The notes under the pieces were generated by a model, which was given only the letters and a program-made list of their open reading frames with translations, was not told the DNA's origin and ran no database searches. This document shows, piece after piece, positions 30,681 through 40,359 of a DNA stretch of 64,000 nucleotides (position 1 is the stretch's first letter; the number at the start of each line of letters is the position of its first letter). The translations under genes and the position numbers were made by a program. Source of the stretch: a virus; the IMG/VR virus record IMGVR_UViG_3300042197_004918, positions 64,001-128,000 of that record; one strand, written 5' to 3'.

Positions 30681-33600
30681 TCAATTAACAAAAACCATCT
30701 CGTTGCTTAATATAAGAATGTGAGTGTATCTTTCCCAACTATTAAGCTCTCTGTCAGATTTTTTAAGAGGTCCTTTGAAGTCTAACTTTGAATCCCAGGT
30801 TACAGGGGTGAGTGAATCTGCGTCTTTGACCTCGGATACCTTTACTGCCAGTGTGTAATCTTTATTAATATTGGTTTCGTTAGACATAACGAACTCCAAT
30901 TTATCGTTTACAGCAAGAGTGACGTTGAAATTGAAAGGAACCTCCGTTGTTGGGTTTATCGAAACCTTGTTTTGAAAGACGCCATTTTTATAAACCAACA
31001 GTTGTGAGGATTCTCCAACGCGACCTTTCGCTCCAACTGACCCTGAAACTGTGAACGAACCGTTTCTAGGAGAAATCCACTGTCTCACTGATTTTATGGA
31101 TGGGTTTTTCGACAACGTTCCACCATTTCTGGTCACTGTTACCCCTTTGAAGAAGTCGTTGGTTGAACCATAGACCTCTTTATCAAACTTTTGAAACTCG
31201 AAGAACGAGGAAGAACTTCTGGCATCGGAAACACGATACCCATATCTCCAATTGTATTCTTTTTTCACGTCCGACATATCCTCTTTCATTGCACTTTCGA
31301 TGTATCGGATTCCGATTTTAATCTCCAAGTCAGATGGTTCACGTTGAAAGCAGATTCTATACAAAGTCCTGATTCTCTCTTCCTCGGTTATAATACGGGT
31401 GAACTCTGGTCGAGTGACCATGTTTCTTACCTGTTCTATCACCATCGCATTGTTCATTAAAAACAATGCCTGTTTTGGAACGGTTGTCTGGAACCTTTTT
31501 CCTGTGGTCATTTCCGGGGTGGCAAAGTCAAACGTGGTAAAAACCTCCGGTAGGCGACCTCTATCAACCAAACCGTAAACGGTTCTTCTCGTGGAATACT
31601 CCCCACCATTGGCGGCAACAAGATTAACACCCTGTCCTCCCATGTTAGTATCCAATTTTCCTCCAAGGAATAGAATCGTGTCTCTAAGAGTCTCGAAATC
31701 CAATCGAGTGTTGTTCATCTTCCAATAAAGCCTGTTGTAAGGGTCAACCAACGATTTCTTTCCGTCACCATTCGATACTTGCCGGTAAGTCGAAGAAGAC
31801 ATGATAAGACGGTGCATATCCTTAACCGACCAACCGCTCTTTATAAATCTATCCGCAAGGTAGTTCAGAAGGTCGTAGTGAATTGGCTGTGGAGTGTTTA
31901 TTCCGAAGTCATCTACTGACGTTACCAATCCTTCACCGAAATGAAACTGCCATATTCTATTGACGATGACACGCGGAGTCAGTGGGTTCAACGGGTGAGC
32001 TATGGTTTTTGCTAGCTCAAGCCGACCACTTCCGTTTGTAAATGGGTTGGCGTTGAGATAATCGAACGTCGTAATGAAACGCCTTCCTACCACCGGCCCA
32101 CGAGTTCCTGGGTCACCCTTGATTAGCACCGCCGAGTCAATTGCACGAGGTTTGTCACCGATTACCATTGCTCTTGCCGGAGTGAACGGGTGGTTAATCT
32201 CGTGAGTTATTAGTTTCCCACGTTGCTGCCTAAGTTCGTTATCATATTGCATCGTTTTCTGATTACTACTATAGAACCTCGAAAACGAATCTCGGTCTAT
32301 ATCAAGAGGTCCACCATTTTTAAAAATTGCTGATGAGAATGCTTCCAATCCAACTATATTCGTCGGTGTAGTATTCACGGCCAAGACGGCATTGTGATAT
32401 GCGGATGCCAAATCTCTCATATTCTTTATCACGCCGATTTTCTTTATGTGAGACAGAAGGTATGGGTTAGTGTTTTCAGAATTCTCCGATAGGAATGTTG
32501 CGAATTCATCTTTAAATTTACCGTCTTCCACGTTAAACATCGTTCCGAACGGTAGAAACACCGCCGACTTTGGATTTGTCGTGGCGGATTTCGTTCCTTT
32601 TGGTGTGGATTGAACGGCCACGCCTGCGTCACTTGAAACCACCGTCAATTCCATTCCACCCCTCATATTAGGCGTCCGGACATTTATCATAGATGTCCAT
32701 CGTTGAATCATCCTTACATTCAAGCCGGAATCTCGAATGTAATCCGTCCTATTTGAAGATGCTACGGAATTTAGAGCGTATCCACCGTATATGTTTTTGA
32801 AAGTGTTTGTTCTAAATTCTGTCAGTGCCGCCAGATGCCGAGAGTTTATGAAACTTTCGATTTCTCCTTCTATCGTATTTCGTTTGTTTAGATAATCCTT
32901 GTAACCACCCGTCTCTGATACCGGGTTCAGAAGAGGTTTTTCGGAATCACTTGGAAAATAGGAACTATTCATCACGCCATGTAGAGCGTAATAATCTTTT
33001 GTGCTTACGGGGTCGAACTTGTGGTCGTGACAACGGGCACAAACAACTGTCGTGGCCATAAACCCCTTAAATATTACATCTATTTGGTCGTCGATAATGT
33101 CATTGGCGTTTCCAGAGTTCTTACCGAGCGTCAAGAATCCAAGACCTGCCAAATCCGGCTTCTTGATGTCGTTCAATCTGTCTCCTGCTATCTGTTCCAG
33201 TATGAATCTATCAAAAGGTTTATTCTCATTAAAACTTCGGATTACATAGTCACGGTAGGTGTATGAATATGTGTAACGGGGCTCTCGGTTTCCATTCACC
33301 GTTCCAGTGGTGTCACTGTATCTTGCGGTGTCGAGCCAGTGGCGACCCCACCGTTCACCATACATGGGATTGTCTAAAAGTCTATCCACTAATTTAACGT
33401 AAGCATCCGGAGAAGAATCTTTAAGGAAGTTCTCAACCTCTTTTTCAGTCGGAGGCAATCCGATTAGGTCAAAATATGCTCTACGAATGAGGATTTTCTT
33501 GTCAGCTATCTGTGAAGGCATCAAATTTGTTTTGGATAGTTCCGAAAAAACAAAGTTGTCGATGGGATTGGCAATCCACTTGCTTTTTGAAGTCGGAGGC

Positions 33601-34043
33601 ACCGGCTTGATTGGTAATGGAGCATAGGCCCAATGTTTCTTTGCTTCCGCATTGACATCCACGGTTTTAATCTTATCAATTCTCGGATCAGCCGCTCCAC
33701 TCTTCACCCATGCCTCAAAATCAGAAATGATTTGCGGAGAGAGCTTTCCATCCGGAGGCATTTGAAGGTCTTTATCTGAATATCGTATCGCCTTGATTAA
33801 TAAACTCTGTTCCAAGTCATTAGGAACGACAGCAGGACCATTCTCCCCACCCTTTAGTGTGGATTCCTGATTGTCAAGTAAAAGTTGTCCCTTGGCCTTT
33901 TTGTGTTCAGCGGAGTGACACTTGTAACACTTCTCCACTAGAACGGGCCGAATCTTCTTTTCAAAGAAATCCGACTCGTCTTTGGTTATTCCGTTTACAG
34001 ATATTGCGCACAGAAGTGCGACGAACGTTAAAATTCTCTTCAT
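30681..34043 (-). CDS. Planctomycete cytochrome c (PSCyt1)-DUF1549-DUF1553 (PSD1) protein
   Basis: signal peptide; FFEKKIRPVL..KCYKCH; YGERWGRHWLD.ARY; CARCHDHKFDP; GSGRLELA; NPLT.RV.VNRIWQ.HFG. Confidence 0.95.
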   Translation of the reverse strand: MKRILTFVALLCAISVNGITKDESDFFEKKIRPVLVEKCYKCHSAEHKKAKGQLLLDNQESTLKGGENGPAVVPNDLEQSLLIKAIRYSDKDLQMPPDGKLSPQIISDFEAWVKSGAADPRIDKIKTVDVNAEAKKHWAYAPLPIKPVPPTSKSKWIANPIDNFVFSELSKTNLMPSQIADKKILIRRAYFDLIGLPPTEKEVENFLKDSSPDAYVKLVDRLLDNPMYGERWGRHWLDTARYSDTTGTVNGNREPRYTYSYTYRDYVIRSFNENKPFDRFILEQIAGDRLNDIKKPDLAGLGFLTLGKNSGNANDIIDDQIDVIFKGFMATTVVCARCHDHKFDPVSTKDYYALHGVMNSSYFPSDSEKPLLNPVSETGGYKDYLNKRNTIEGEIESFINSRHLAALTEFRTNTFKNIYGGYALNSVASSNRTDYIRDSGLNVRMIQRWTSMINVRTPNMRGGMELTVVSSDAGVAVQSTPKGTKSATTNPKSAVFLPFGTMFNVEDGKFKDEFATFLSENSENTNPYLLSHIKKIGVIKNMRDLASAYHNAVLAVNTTPTNIVGLEAFSSAIFKNGGPLDIDRDSFSRFYSSNQKTMQYDNELRQQRGKLITHEINHPFTPARAMVIGDKPRAIDSAVLIKGDPGTRGPVVGRRFITTFDYLNANPFTNGSGRLELAKTIAHPLNPLTPRVIVNRIWQFHFGEGLVTSVDDFGINTPQPIHYDLLNYLADRFIKSGWSVKDMHRLIMSSSTYRQVSNGDGKKSLVDPYNRLYWKMNNTRLDFETLRDTILFLGGKLDTNMGGQGVNLVAANGGEYSTRRTVYGLVDRGRLPEVFTTFDFATPEMTTGKRFQTTVPKQALFLMNNAMVIEQVRNMVTRPEFTRIITEEERIRTLYRICFQREPSDLEIKIGIRYIESAMKEDMSDVKKEYNWRYGYRVSDARSSSSFFEFQKFDKEVYGSTNDFFKGVTVTRNGGTLSKNPSIKSVRQWISPRNGSFTVSGSVGAKGRVGESSQLLVYKNGVFQNKVSINPTTEVPFNFNVTLAVNDKLEFVMSNETNINKDYTLAVKVSEVKDADSLTPVTWDSKLDFKGPLKKSDRELNSWERYTHILILSNEMVFVN

Positions 34044-34062
34044 ATTTTGTAACACCTTTAGT

Positions 34063-35451
34063 TTAGGCTATGACCGGCTTTGCAACTTCACCAAATACAT
34101 CGGTGAGTCTGAAATCTCTTCCATTGTATCGGTAATTGAGTTTTTTGTGGTCAAATCCAACGAGATGTAAAATTGTTGCGTGAAGGTCGTGAATAGACAT
34201 TTTATCGGTGACAACTTGAGCACCGAGTTCGTCAGTCTCACCATAAACCGTTCCGCCCTTGACGCCGCCACCAATAAGAACGGATGACATGGCTCTGTTC
34301 CAGTGACTTCTTCCGAATCCGTTAGGGCCACCAACACCGTCTCTTGATGGAGTTCTTCCAAATTCACCGGTCATCACGATAAGGGTCGAGTCGAGCAATC
34401 CACGGTCTTTTAAATCTTTGATTAAAGCAGCTATTGGACCATCAACTTGGTCAGCAGCATTCTTGAGAGAACGACTGATTCCATCATGGGTATCCCATCC
34501 GCCAGTCCAAACTTGAACGAAGCGAACGCCCTTTTCAACCAACCGTCTAGCAATCAACATTTGTTTGCCTTGGTTTCCGGTTCCATACGAATCTCTAACC
34601 GAGGCAGGTTCCTTGCTGATGTCGAATGCATCCGTGGCTTCGGTCTGCATCTTGAACGCCAATTCAAAGGATTGAATCCTTGCGTCGAACGCTTCATCTT
34701 TTTGAAAGTTTTGGCGATGGAGTTCGTTGAGAGCTGAAAGTGTATCCAACTGACTACGTTGTTCTTTCAATGATGCGTATTGACTCTTGATGTTTTGAAT
34801 CATTCGGTCAACTGAACCCAACGAGGTATCAATTGGTGTTCCTTGATACATACCGGGCAGAAACGCGCTTCCGAAGTTTTGTGTTCCTCCGGTGGGCATT
34901 CCACCACTACGTAGGCTTATGAAAGATGGGAGATTGTTGTTTCCACTACCCAAACCATAAACTACCCAAGCACCGAGGCTTGGTCGGACGAGCCGGAGAT
35001 TTCCGGTATTCATCAGTATCGTGGCTGTCTCGTGCGCCGGGACATCGGTTGTCATGCCACGGAGAACAGCAGCGTGGTCAATATATTGAGCGGTCTTACT
35101 GAAAACTTCACTTACTTCGATTCCACTCTTACCACTTTTGATAAATTTGAAAGGTGAACCACAGGCCAATCCATTTACACCCGGCATCGGCTGTCCGTCC
35201 ATTTCAACCAACTTTGGCTTCGGATCCCAAGTGTCAATGTGCGACTGACCACCGCTGAAAAATATATGAATGACGTGCTTGGCCTTAGCAGGAAAGTGTG
35301 TCGGTAGAGATTCTGCCGCACCAAGGGAATTTTCAAACAATGAAGCCGCTCCGAGCATTCCCATTCCCATTCCAAATCGTGAAAGGAACTGTCGCTTGGT
35401 CATAATTAAGTCGGTGGGCTTTACTTGGTCTTGGTTGCAGTATTCTTTCAT
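34063..35451 (-). CDS. DUF1501 protein (Tat-type signal, PVC-typical)
   Basis: TKRQFL; AKHVIHIFFSGGQSHIDTWDPKP; ARRLVEKGVRFVQ; WDTH; GEFGRTP; RLTDV.G. Confidence 0.95.
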   Translation of the reverse strand: MKEYCNQDQVKPTDLIMTKRQFLSRFGMGMGMLGAASLFENSLGAAESLPTHFPAKAKHVIHIFFSGGQSHIDTWDPKPKLVEMDGQPMPGVNGLACGSPFKFIKSGKSGIEVSEVFSKTAQYIDHAAVLRGMTTDVPAHETATILMNTGNLRLVRPSLGAWVVYGLGSGNNNLPSFISLRSGGMPTGGTQNFGSAFLPGMYQGTPIDTSLGSVDRMIQNIKSQYASLKEQRSQLDTLSALNELHRQNFQKDEAFDARIQSFELAFKMQTEATDAFDISKEPASVRDSYGTGNQGKQMLIARRLVEKGVRFVQVWTGGWDTHDGISRSLKNAADQVDGPIAALIKDLKDRGLLDSTLIVMTGEFGRTPSRDGVGGPNGFGRSHWNRAMSSVLIGGGVKGGTVYGETDELGAQVVTDKMSIHDLHATILHLVGFDHKKLNYRYNGRDFRLTDVFGEVAKPVIA

Positions 35452-35504
35452 AAGTAGGGTGTATTAAATATAACTATCAATCAGTGTTCAAAACGTATCG
35501 AGAA

Positions 35505-35765
35505 TTAGTAACTCGTTTGACGTCTTAGAGTGAAGCCAAATCCTAACAATTTGACTGAAAATGCCCAATAATATTTTACTCCGTCATCAAACCTTGTATC
35601 TATATAAAGTATCTCGGTCGGAAAGGATATGGACGCTTGGGAACCTTTATCATCCTCAAATATACACTGACGTTTCTTGGTAAAGACAAATTCCGGGAAG
35701 TAATGGATGGTAAGTGTGAGATAATGGAAATCTCCCTGCCTTAATATATCCCAAGTTTTGTTCAT
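35505..35765 (-). CDS. hypothetical protein
   Basis: packed minus-strand operon. Confidence 0.5.
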   Translation of the reverse strand: MNKTWDILRQGDFHYLTLTIHYFPEFVFTKKRQCIFEDDKGSQASISFPTEILYIDTRFDDGVKYYWAFSVKLLGFGFTLRRQTSY

Positions 35766-36184
35766 TTTACTGTTGGTTTGAAACCACATAGGATTGCGCT
35801 CTCTTTACAGAGGGTCTTCATTAAGAATCCCCGTTTGCACATATCTCCGATTCCACCTGTGAGTTCACAAGTATCCAAGGAGAGGTCTTCATATTTTGAA
35901 ATCACGGCATTAACTTCTTTCCACACCTGTTCTTTGGCATCGCCATCAATTTTTACGTAAAATCTCAATCCACCAAACTTCTCTTTAATTTGTGTGGCCA
36001 CGACCTGACTTCCATACGCATCGGACCAACCTTGGAGTTCTTCACATAGGTTGTATATCAAATCATACCAACCATCATCACATGATATTCCGTATGCCAT
36101 ACAGGTGTGCTGCGGATTTCCATACATATCCACTAACAACTTCGGAAATCTTTCTCTGAGTTTTAATTCTAACGATTTAGTCAT
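35762..36184 (-). CDS. conserved phage protein (QIKEKFGGLRFY motif)
   Basis: GW..LI, QIKEKFGGLRFY, CE..G. Confidence 0.7.
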   Translation of the reverse strand: MTKSLELKLRERFPKLLVDMYGNPQHTCMAYGISCDDGWYDLIYNLCEELQGWSDAYGSQVVATQIKEKFGGLRFYVKIDGDAKEQVWKEVNAVISKYEDLSLDTCELTGGIGDMCKRGFLMKTLCKESAILCGFKPTVK

Positions 36185-36492
36185 ATTACGGTAGTATTTA
36201 GGTTTATGGAAACGATGTCAGACTTCTTTATAACAAGAGAATCGAATAAATTTACTAGGTCTTTATCCTCGGAAGTTTTAAGGCTTTCAACGACTCTCTT
36301 AATTTCTTCACAAAGTTCTTTTTTCAGTTGAATGAATTGTTCTCGGGTGACACAATCTTCTTTGGAAATATATTCGGATAATCTCCCATCAGTTGCTGAC
36401 CGGAATACTACTTTGACACCAACTGAACCAAAGCCCTTGGCTCTAGCCAGAATTTTTTCTACATCATCGTCTGCGTTTTTATACCACGGCAT
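36181..36492 (-). CDS. hypothetical protein
   Basis: coupled ORF. Confidence 0.55.
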   Translation of the reverse strand: MPWYKNADDDVEKILARAKGFGSVGVKVVFRSATDGRLSEYISKEDCVTREQFIQLKKELCEEIKRVVESLKTSEDKDLVNLFDSLVIKKSDIVSINLNTTVI

Positions 36493-36496
36493 AATG

Positions 36497-36889
36497 TTAA
36501 ATTCCTTCTCCTTGAGCGGCCAAATCTGTTCTATGTTCGGCCCACTTCAAAATTTGTTCGTAAACTTTCATAAGATGGTCATAATCATAATCCTCTTCCG
36601 AGGCAATACGTCCAGGCAATGCCGGGTCGGTTTTGTATTTTGCCAATCTCACTAAATCATTCACATTTCCCGACCAATCCCAGTGGGGTTGATTCGGCCC
36701 CTCATCATCGGATATTCCTCCGCCGGTGATGGATGCCCATGTATCATAACATGAACAATGTCCGTATTTGGTCAAGGCGGCCCAATCTCCGACCACCACG
36801 GCGACCCAACCTGACTCGGAATAGTCACAGTCATCGTCCTGTGCGATTATGGATTTTTGAAATAAATCTCTTTGTCCTTTAGTTATCAT
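36497..36889 (-). CDS. hypothetical protein (GHCSCY motif)
   Basis: coupled ORF. Confidence 0.6.
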   Translation of the reverse strand: MITKGQRDLFQKSIIAQDDDCDYSESGWVAVVVGDWAALTKYGHCSCYDTWASITGGGISDDEGPNQPHWDWSGNVNDLVRLAKYKTDPALPGRIASEEDYDYDHLMKVYEQILKWAEHRTDLAAQGEGI

Positions 36890-36926
36890 TGGGATACTTT
36901 ACTTCACCTTTAATGAAGTGTCAATT

Positions 36927-37181
36927 CTAAAAACTATTCGGTTGTATTGTTTCTCCGTCTATTATAGGAAGTGGAATCGGATTCTCGCTCCAAAGAGAAC
37001 CGTTTTCATATTTTACTTGAAACCCGTATTCTTCGTTACTTGCATAAAATCCTCTGCCCATCTTTTCTACATGAAGAATACACGGCGTATGCTCGCCCAT
37101 ATCTGACCACCAATAATATCCCGCTTTAGTCGGAATCTTTTTTGTCATTTTCATAGTTTTTCTTACACTTTTTACACACAC
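36927..37181 (-). CDS. hypothetical protein (PTKAGYYW)
   Basis: ORF track; start uncertain. Confidence 0.5.
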   Translation of the reverse strand: MCVKSVRKTMKMTKKIPTKAGYYWWSDMGEHTPCILHVEKMGRGFYASNEEYGFQVKYENGSLWSENPIPLPIIDGETIQPNSF

Positions 37182-37265
37182 CGTCGAACCGTATATAATT
37201 GAATCTGAAAAACTTCTTTTCAGAGAGCATACATTTACACACTCTACACTTGATGCTTACTACGG

Positions 37266-37586
37266 TCATTTAATGCTTAGGATTACAATTGAAGTCACGC
37301 CCAGTAAAATTCCTACCCAGTCAAGGAGTTTAAGAGGTTCTTTAAAAATTCCACAGCCCACAAATAAACCGGCAAACACTGCTGCAACACCGAACAACAC
37401 CGCTCCCTTACCAATATCCATTCCTCTTTTTATACAAAACAACCACACAACGGATGTGACTACGTAACTTAGACATGAAAGTATTGCTAGGGTTAAACTG
37501 TTAGATTCTCCGAACTTTTTTGAAAAAAAGTCCCCGAAACCATACGCTAGTATCAAAATCATTCCGATTAAAAAGAAGTTAGTCAT
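37266..37586 (-). CDS. SMR/EamA-like 4-TM small transporter
   Basis: four hydrophobic helices; 'FKEPL....WVGILLGV'. Confidence 0.7.
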   Translation of the reverse strand: MTNFFLIGMILILAYGFGDFFSKKFGESNSLTLAILSCLSYVVTSVVWLFCIKRGMDIGKGAVLFGVAAVFAGLFVGCGIFKEPLKLLDWVGILLGVTSIVILSIK

Positions 37587-38001
37587 ATTTTTGAAAAATG
37601 TTTCCGATGACTTTTATGGAAGACCTAAAGTTATGGATTTGCTGACCAGCGAACTCAACCCCCACACCGTCAAATTTGTATCCTACTGGGAAAACCGCCC
37701 AGCCGCAGTAAAATTTAGACCATCGGACCTCTTGGTCCAGTCTGTATCCATCTTTGTCGTCCCAGTCTTCATATGAAGTAAATTCTACTATATCTCCCTC
37801 AAAAATAGGGTCGCCGTCCACATCATTCATTTCGGTGTATCTCTGAACAACGTAATCCGGGTCGTCGGTTCTTGTGAGAGATATTTCGTTGCCGGTGTGC
37901 AGCCATAGAAGATGGTGGCCGCACGCACCCAAGAATGGAATGTCTGAAAAATGTTGTGAGATTTTACACCAGACACGAATTTTGTTTTTTAGAGTCATCA
38001 T
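37579..38001 (-). CDS. YopX family protein
   Basis: RVW..QRYT..D..G..IFEGDIV..VIGNIF. Confidence 0.8.
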   Translation of the reverse strand: MMTLKNKIRVWCKISQHFSDIPFLGACGHHLLWLHTGNEISLTRTDDPDYVVQRYTEMNDVDGDPIFEGDIVEFTSYEDWDDKDGYRLDQEVRWSKFYCGWAVFPVGYKFDGVGVEFAGQQIHNFRSSIKVIGNIFQKYD

Positions 38002-38013
38002 ATCAAGTATACC

Positions 38014-38268
38014 TTATCTGTATTTTAAACACAAGACTAAGTTTAATGCAGCCAGTGTAGTAAATATTATATTACTTACTAAAAAATGATAAGGAATCGG
38101 AACTGTTGTGACGGAAGATAGGCACGCGAAAATATTTCCAAATAAAGCGATAACACAAGAGGATGGATTTATATCTTTTGTACTCTTTGTTTTTAAAATT
38201 TGTAATATCTGCGGAACATTACACGTTATAAAACAAATTGTCATTAATAATACGAATATCTCTGTCAT
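38014..38268 (-). CDS. SemiSWEET/PQ-loop membrane protein
   Basis: 'VPQILQILKTKSTKDIN'; 3 TM helices. Confidence 0.75.
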   Translation of the reverse strand: MTEIFVLLMTICFITCNVPQILQILKTKSTKDINPSSCVIALFGNIFACLSSVTTVPIPYHFLVSNIIFTTLAALNLVLCLKYR

Positions 38269-38867
38269 TTTTCTTGAAAATAACTAGGTTTCAAATCATA
38301 AAACATCCACTCTTGACTCTGTGATTCGCTCCCAGAACCCTTTCCGTCCTTCCCACCTTTTTGACCGGGAAACCCTTTTCCATCTTTTTGTCCCTGACCG
38401 TCAGCAAAACCCTTCGTTAGAGTGCCTCTGACCATTTGCCCACGTTGGGTCCGTTTTATGACGCTTCGTTCTTCGCCCTTTGATAACTGTTCGTGTAGTT
38501 TTCGACTGTATGGTAATCCAAACAATCTAGGTTCACTATCCTTGACATTGTAACCAAAAAGGTTAAGAGTATATTCGTTATATTTTACGGTGGGCTGTTC
38601 TACTAAGAACCAGATTCCTCCTTGTTCGTTGTTAATTTGGTTTGGCTCTTTCACCACGACGGACCTAATACTTAATATCTCTGGCAAAGCCCTCGGCGGT
38701 GCTCCCCATCCAAGAAATGAAATCGTCGAATTGTAAAATGCCACGGTGAAGAATGAAAATCCCAAAATTAACAGAACTTTTAATTGCCACTTAACATTCG
38801 ATGACGCTAACACCCAGAAACTAAGTGAGAAAAGACAGAGGAGAAGAATGGATAATGAGACACTCAT
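38265..38867 (-). CDS. membrane-anchored protein, putative partner of the ExbB/TolQ-like module
   Basis: two N-terminal TMs, GWG.P, 'EPRLFGLPYSRKLHE'. Confidence 0.55.
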   Translation of the reverse strand: MSVSLSILLLCLFSLSFWVLASSNVKWQLKVLLILGFSFFTVAFYNSTISFLGWGAPPRALPEILSIRSVVVKEPNQINNEQGGIWFLVEQPTVKYNEYTLNLFGYNVKDSEPRLFGLPYSRKLHEQLSKGEERSVIKRTQRGQMVRGTLTKGFADGQGQKDGKGFPGQKGGKDGKGSGSESQSQEWMFYDLKPSYFQEK

Positions 38868-38868
38868 A

Positions 38869-39255
38869 TTAAGGTTTATCGAAAATATTTCCTACAACTT
38901 CATACCGCTTTATAGCACAAGTCAAGTGACCTATACAAATTTTGTAATCAATGTCAAACAAAATCCACGAACAGTCGCCCCAACGGATTTCTGCGTTTAT
39001 GATGTTCGACATATCGGATGCAAGGGGATATTTGATTATATCCCCTTCGTAAATTTCTTTTCCATTCTTGTCCTTCACCCCGGTGAATTGTTGAATCACG
39101 TATCTGATTTCATCAAGAACATACCCACCTTTAATATACCATTCCCCCGAGTTAGAGTATGTCAAATCAATATCGTCATAATCATTACCCGTCCACGGAA
39201 TTATAAAGTGGTTTTCCTTTTTATCCCAAACTCGTAGTTTTAATCTGTGACTCAT
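38869..39255 (-). CDS. YopX family protein
   Basis: KLRVWD..QFTGVKDKNGKEIYEGDI..EVVGNIF. Confidence 0.9.
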   Translation of the reverse strand: MSHRLKLRVWDKKENHFIIPWTGNDYDDIDLTYSNSGEWYIKGGYVLDEIRYVIQQFTGVKDKNGKEIYEGDIIKYPLASDMSNIINAEIRWGDCSWILFDIDYKICIGHLTCAIKRYEVVGNIFDKP

Positions 39256-39497
39256 ATATTTTTAAATCCGCAGTCGTGACAAATATACCCATCCCACGCC
39301 GACTCTCCGCACTGGGGACATTTTTCAAGTTCTATTTCTGGTTCCTCGTCAACGTTACATTCAACCGCAGGAGCCTTTAGAAACCCAACGATTTCTTCAA
39401 GAATAGTAACTAATTCCTTAGTATCGGTCGGTCTTTCAAAGGTGACGGACGTTCCGAGGATTTCTTCGTTGTTGAATTTGATGGAAATTCTGTTCAT
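39252..39497 (-). CDS. small Zn-ribbon protein
   Basis: CPQC..CHDC. Confidence 0.55.
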   Translation of the reverse strand: MNRISIKFNNEEILGTSVTFERPTDTKELVTILEEIVGFLKAPAVECNVDEEPEIELEKCPQCGESAWDGYICHDCGFKNI

Positions 39498-39554
39498 TTT
39501 TTGTGCAAGTAGTATTCGGAAACCGAGTCTGATTTTACTTCGTTAGAAAGGTAT

Positions 39555-39770
39555 CTAAATCCTCACCCAAAAGGTTTCGTATTCGTATTCGTATGTAGAA
39601 CTAAACCAATGTTTCTTTTTAGTTGGTCGTCTGCTACTTTCAATGGAACGATGTAATCCACCGTCAAAAAACCTTACCGTTCCCTCCACGATGGATTCTT
39701 TAGACCTCCACGGATATTCGTCTCCGCTTCTGGTATAAATTTCATCTAAGATTGAAGTTTTCATAAGCAT
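39555..39770 (-). CDS. hypothetical protein
   Basis: ORF track. Confidence 0.45.
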   Translation of the reverse strand: MLMKTSILDEIYTRSGDEYPWRSKESIVEGTVRFFDGGLHRSIESSRRPTKKKHWFSSTYEYEYETFWVRI

Positions 39771-39771
39771 T

Positions 39772-40359
39772 TCAGTTATCCTTCACGTTCTGCGCTACAA
39801 ATGATTGCATACTGTTTATGTTACTCACTTTTCCATCTTTGTCGAGTGTAAAACGAAAGAAAGTGGTTTCATCACCGGCAGTTATCATCATATTTGTCTT
39901 GACGATGACCTCTGCATGAGGTTTCATTTTGACCAACTTTATTATCACAGGAGTAGGAGTGGTATCTGTTTTCCGATAGACATGACAGTTAGCGATGTAT
40001 TCTCCCGGAGTGATTCCTCTAATGGCAATGACTTCTTGGTTGAAATCCAACTGTGTCCCTTGTTGATTTTGAGAATATCCGAGGTTATCATGGTTCAGAT
40101 TCATCAAAGAGCCGTCGCCGCCTTCTCTACGTTTGAATCCAACGATATGTCCCTCCGAGTCACTTGCCCATAAATCCATGTCGTCATTCGACTTAGAAGG
40201 CCACTCCATAACGAGAGTGTATGCGGCTTGAAATGATTGCGTAGGTGTAGAATCTTTAACTCTGTGATTCACCACAAGAATAATTGCCAAACAACATAGA
40301 AGAAGTGAAAATAACACGTCCAAAAATGGAGTCATTGATTGATTGGATTTGTATGTCAT
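39772..40359 (-). CDS. single-TM ExbD/TolR-like protein with a periplasmic beta domain
   Basis: 'MTPFLDVLFSLLL' TM with the conserved Asp; 'W...D.D.DLW', 'PGEYIANCHVY'. Confidence 0.6.
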   Translation of the reverse strand: MTYKSNQSMTPFLDVLFSLLLCCLAIILVVNHRVKDSTPTQSFQAAYTLVMEWPSKSNDDMDLWASDSEGHIVGFKRREGGDGSLMNLNHDNLGYSQNQQGTQLDFNQEVIAIRGITPGEYIANCHVYRKTDTTPTPVIIKLVKMKPHAEVIVKTNMMITAGDETTFFRFTLDKDGKVSNINSMQSFVAQNVKDN

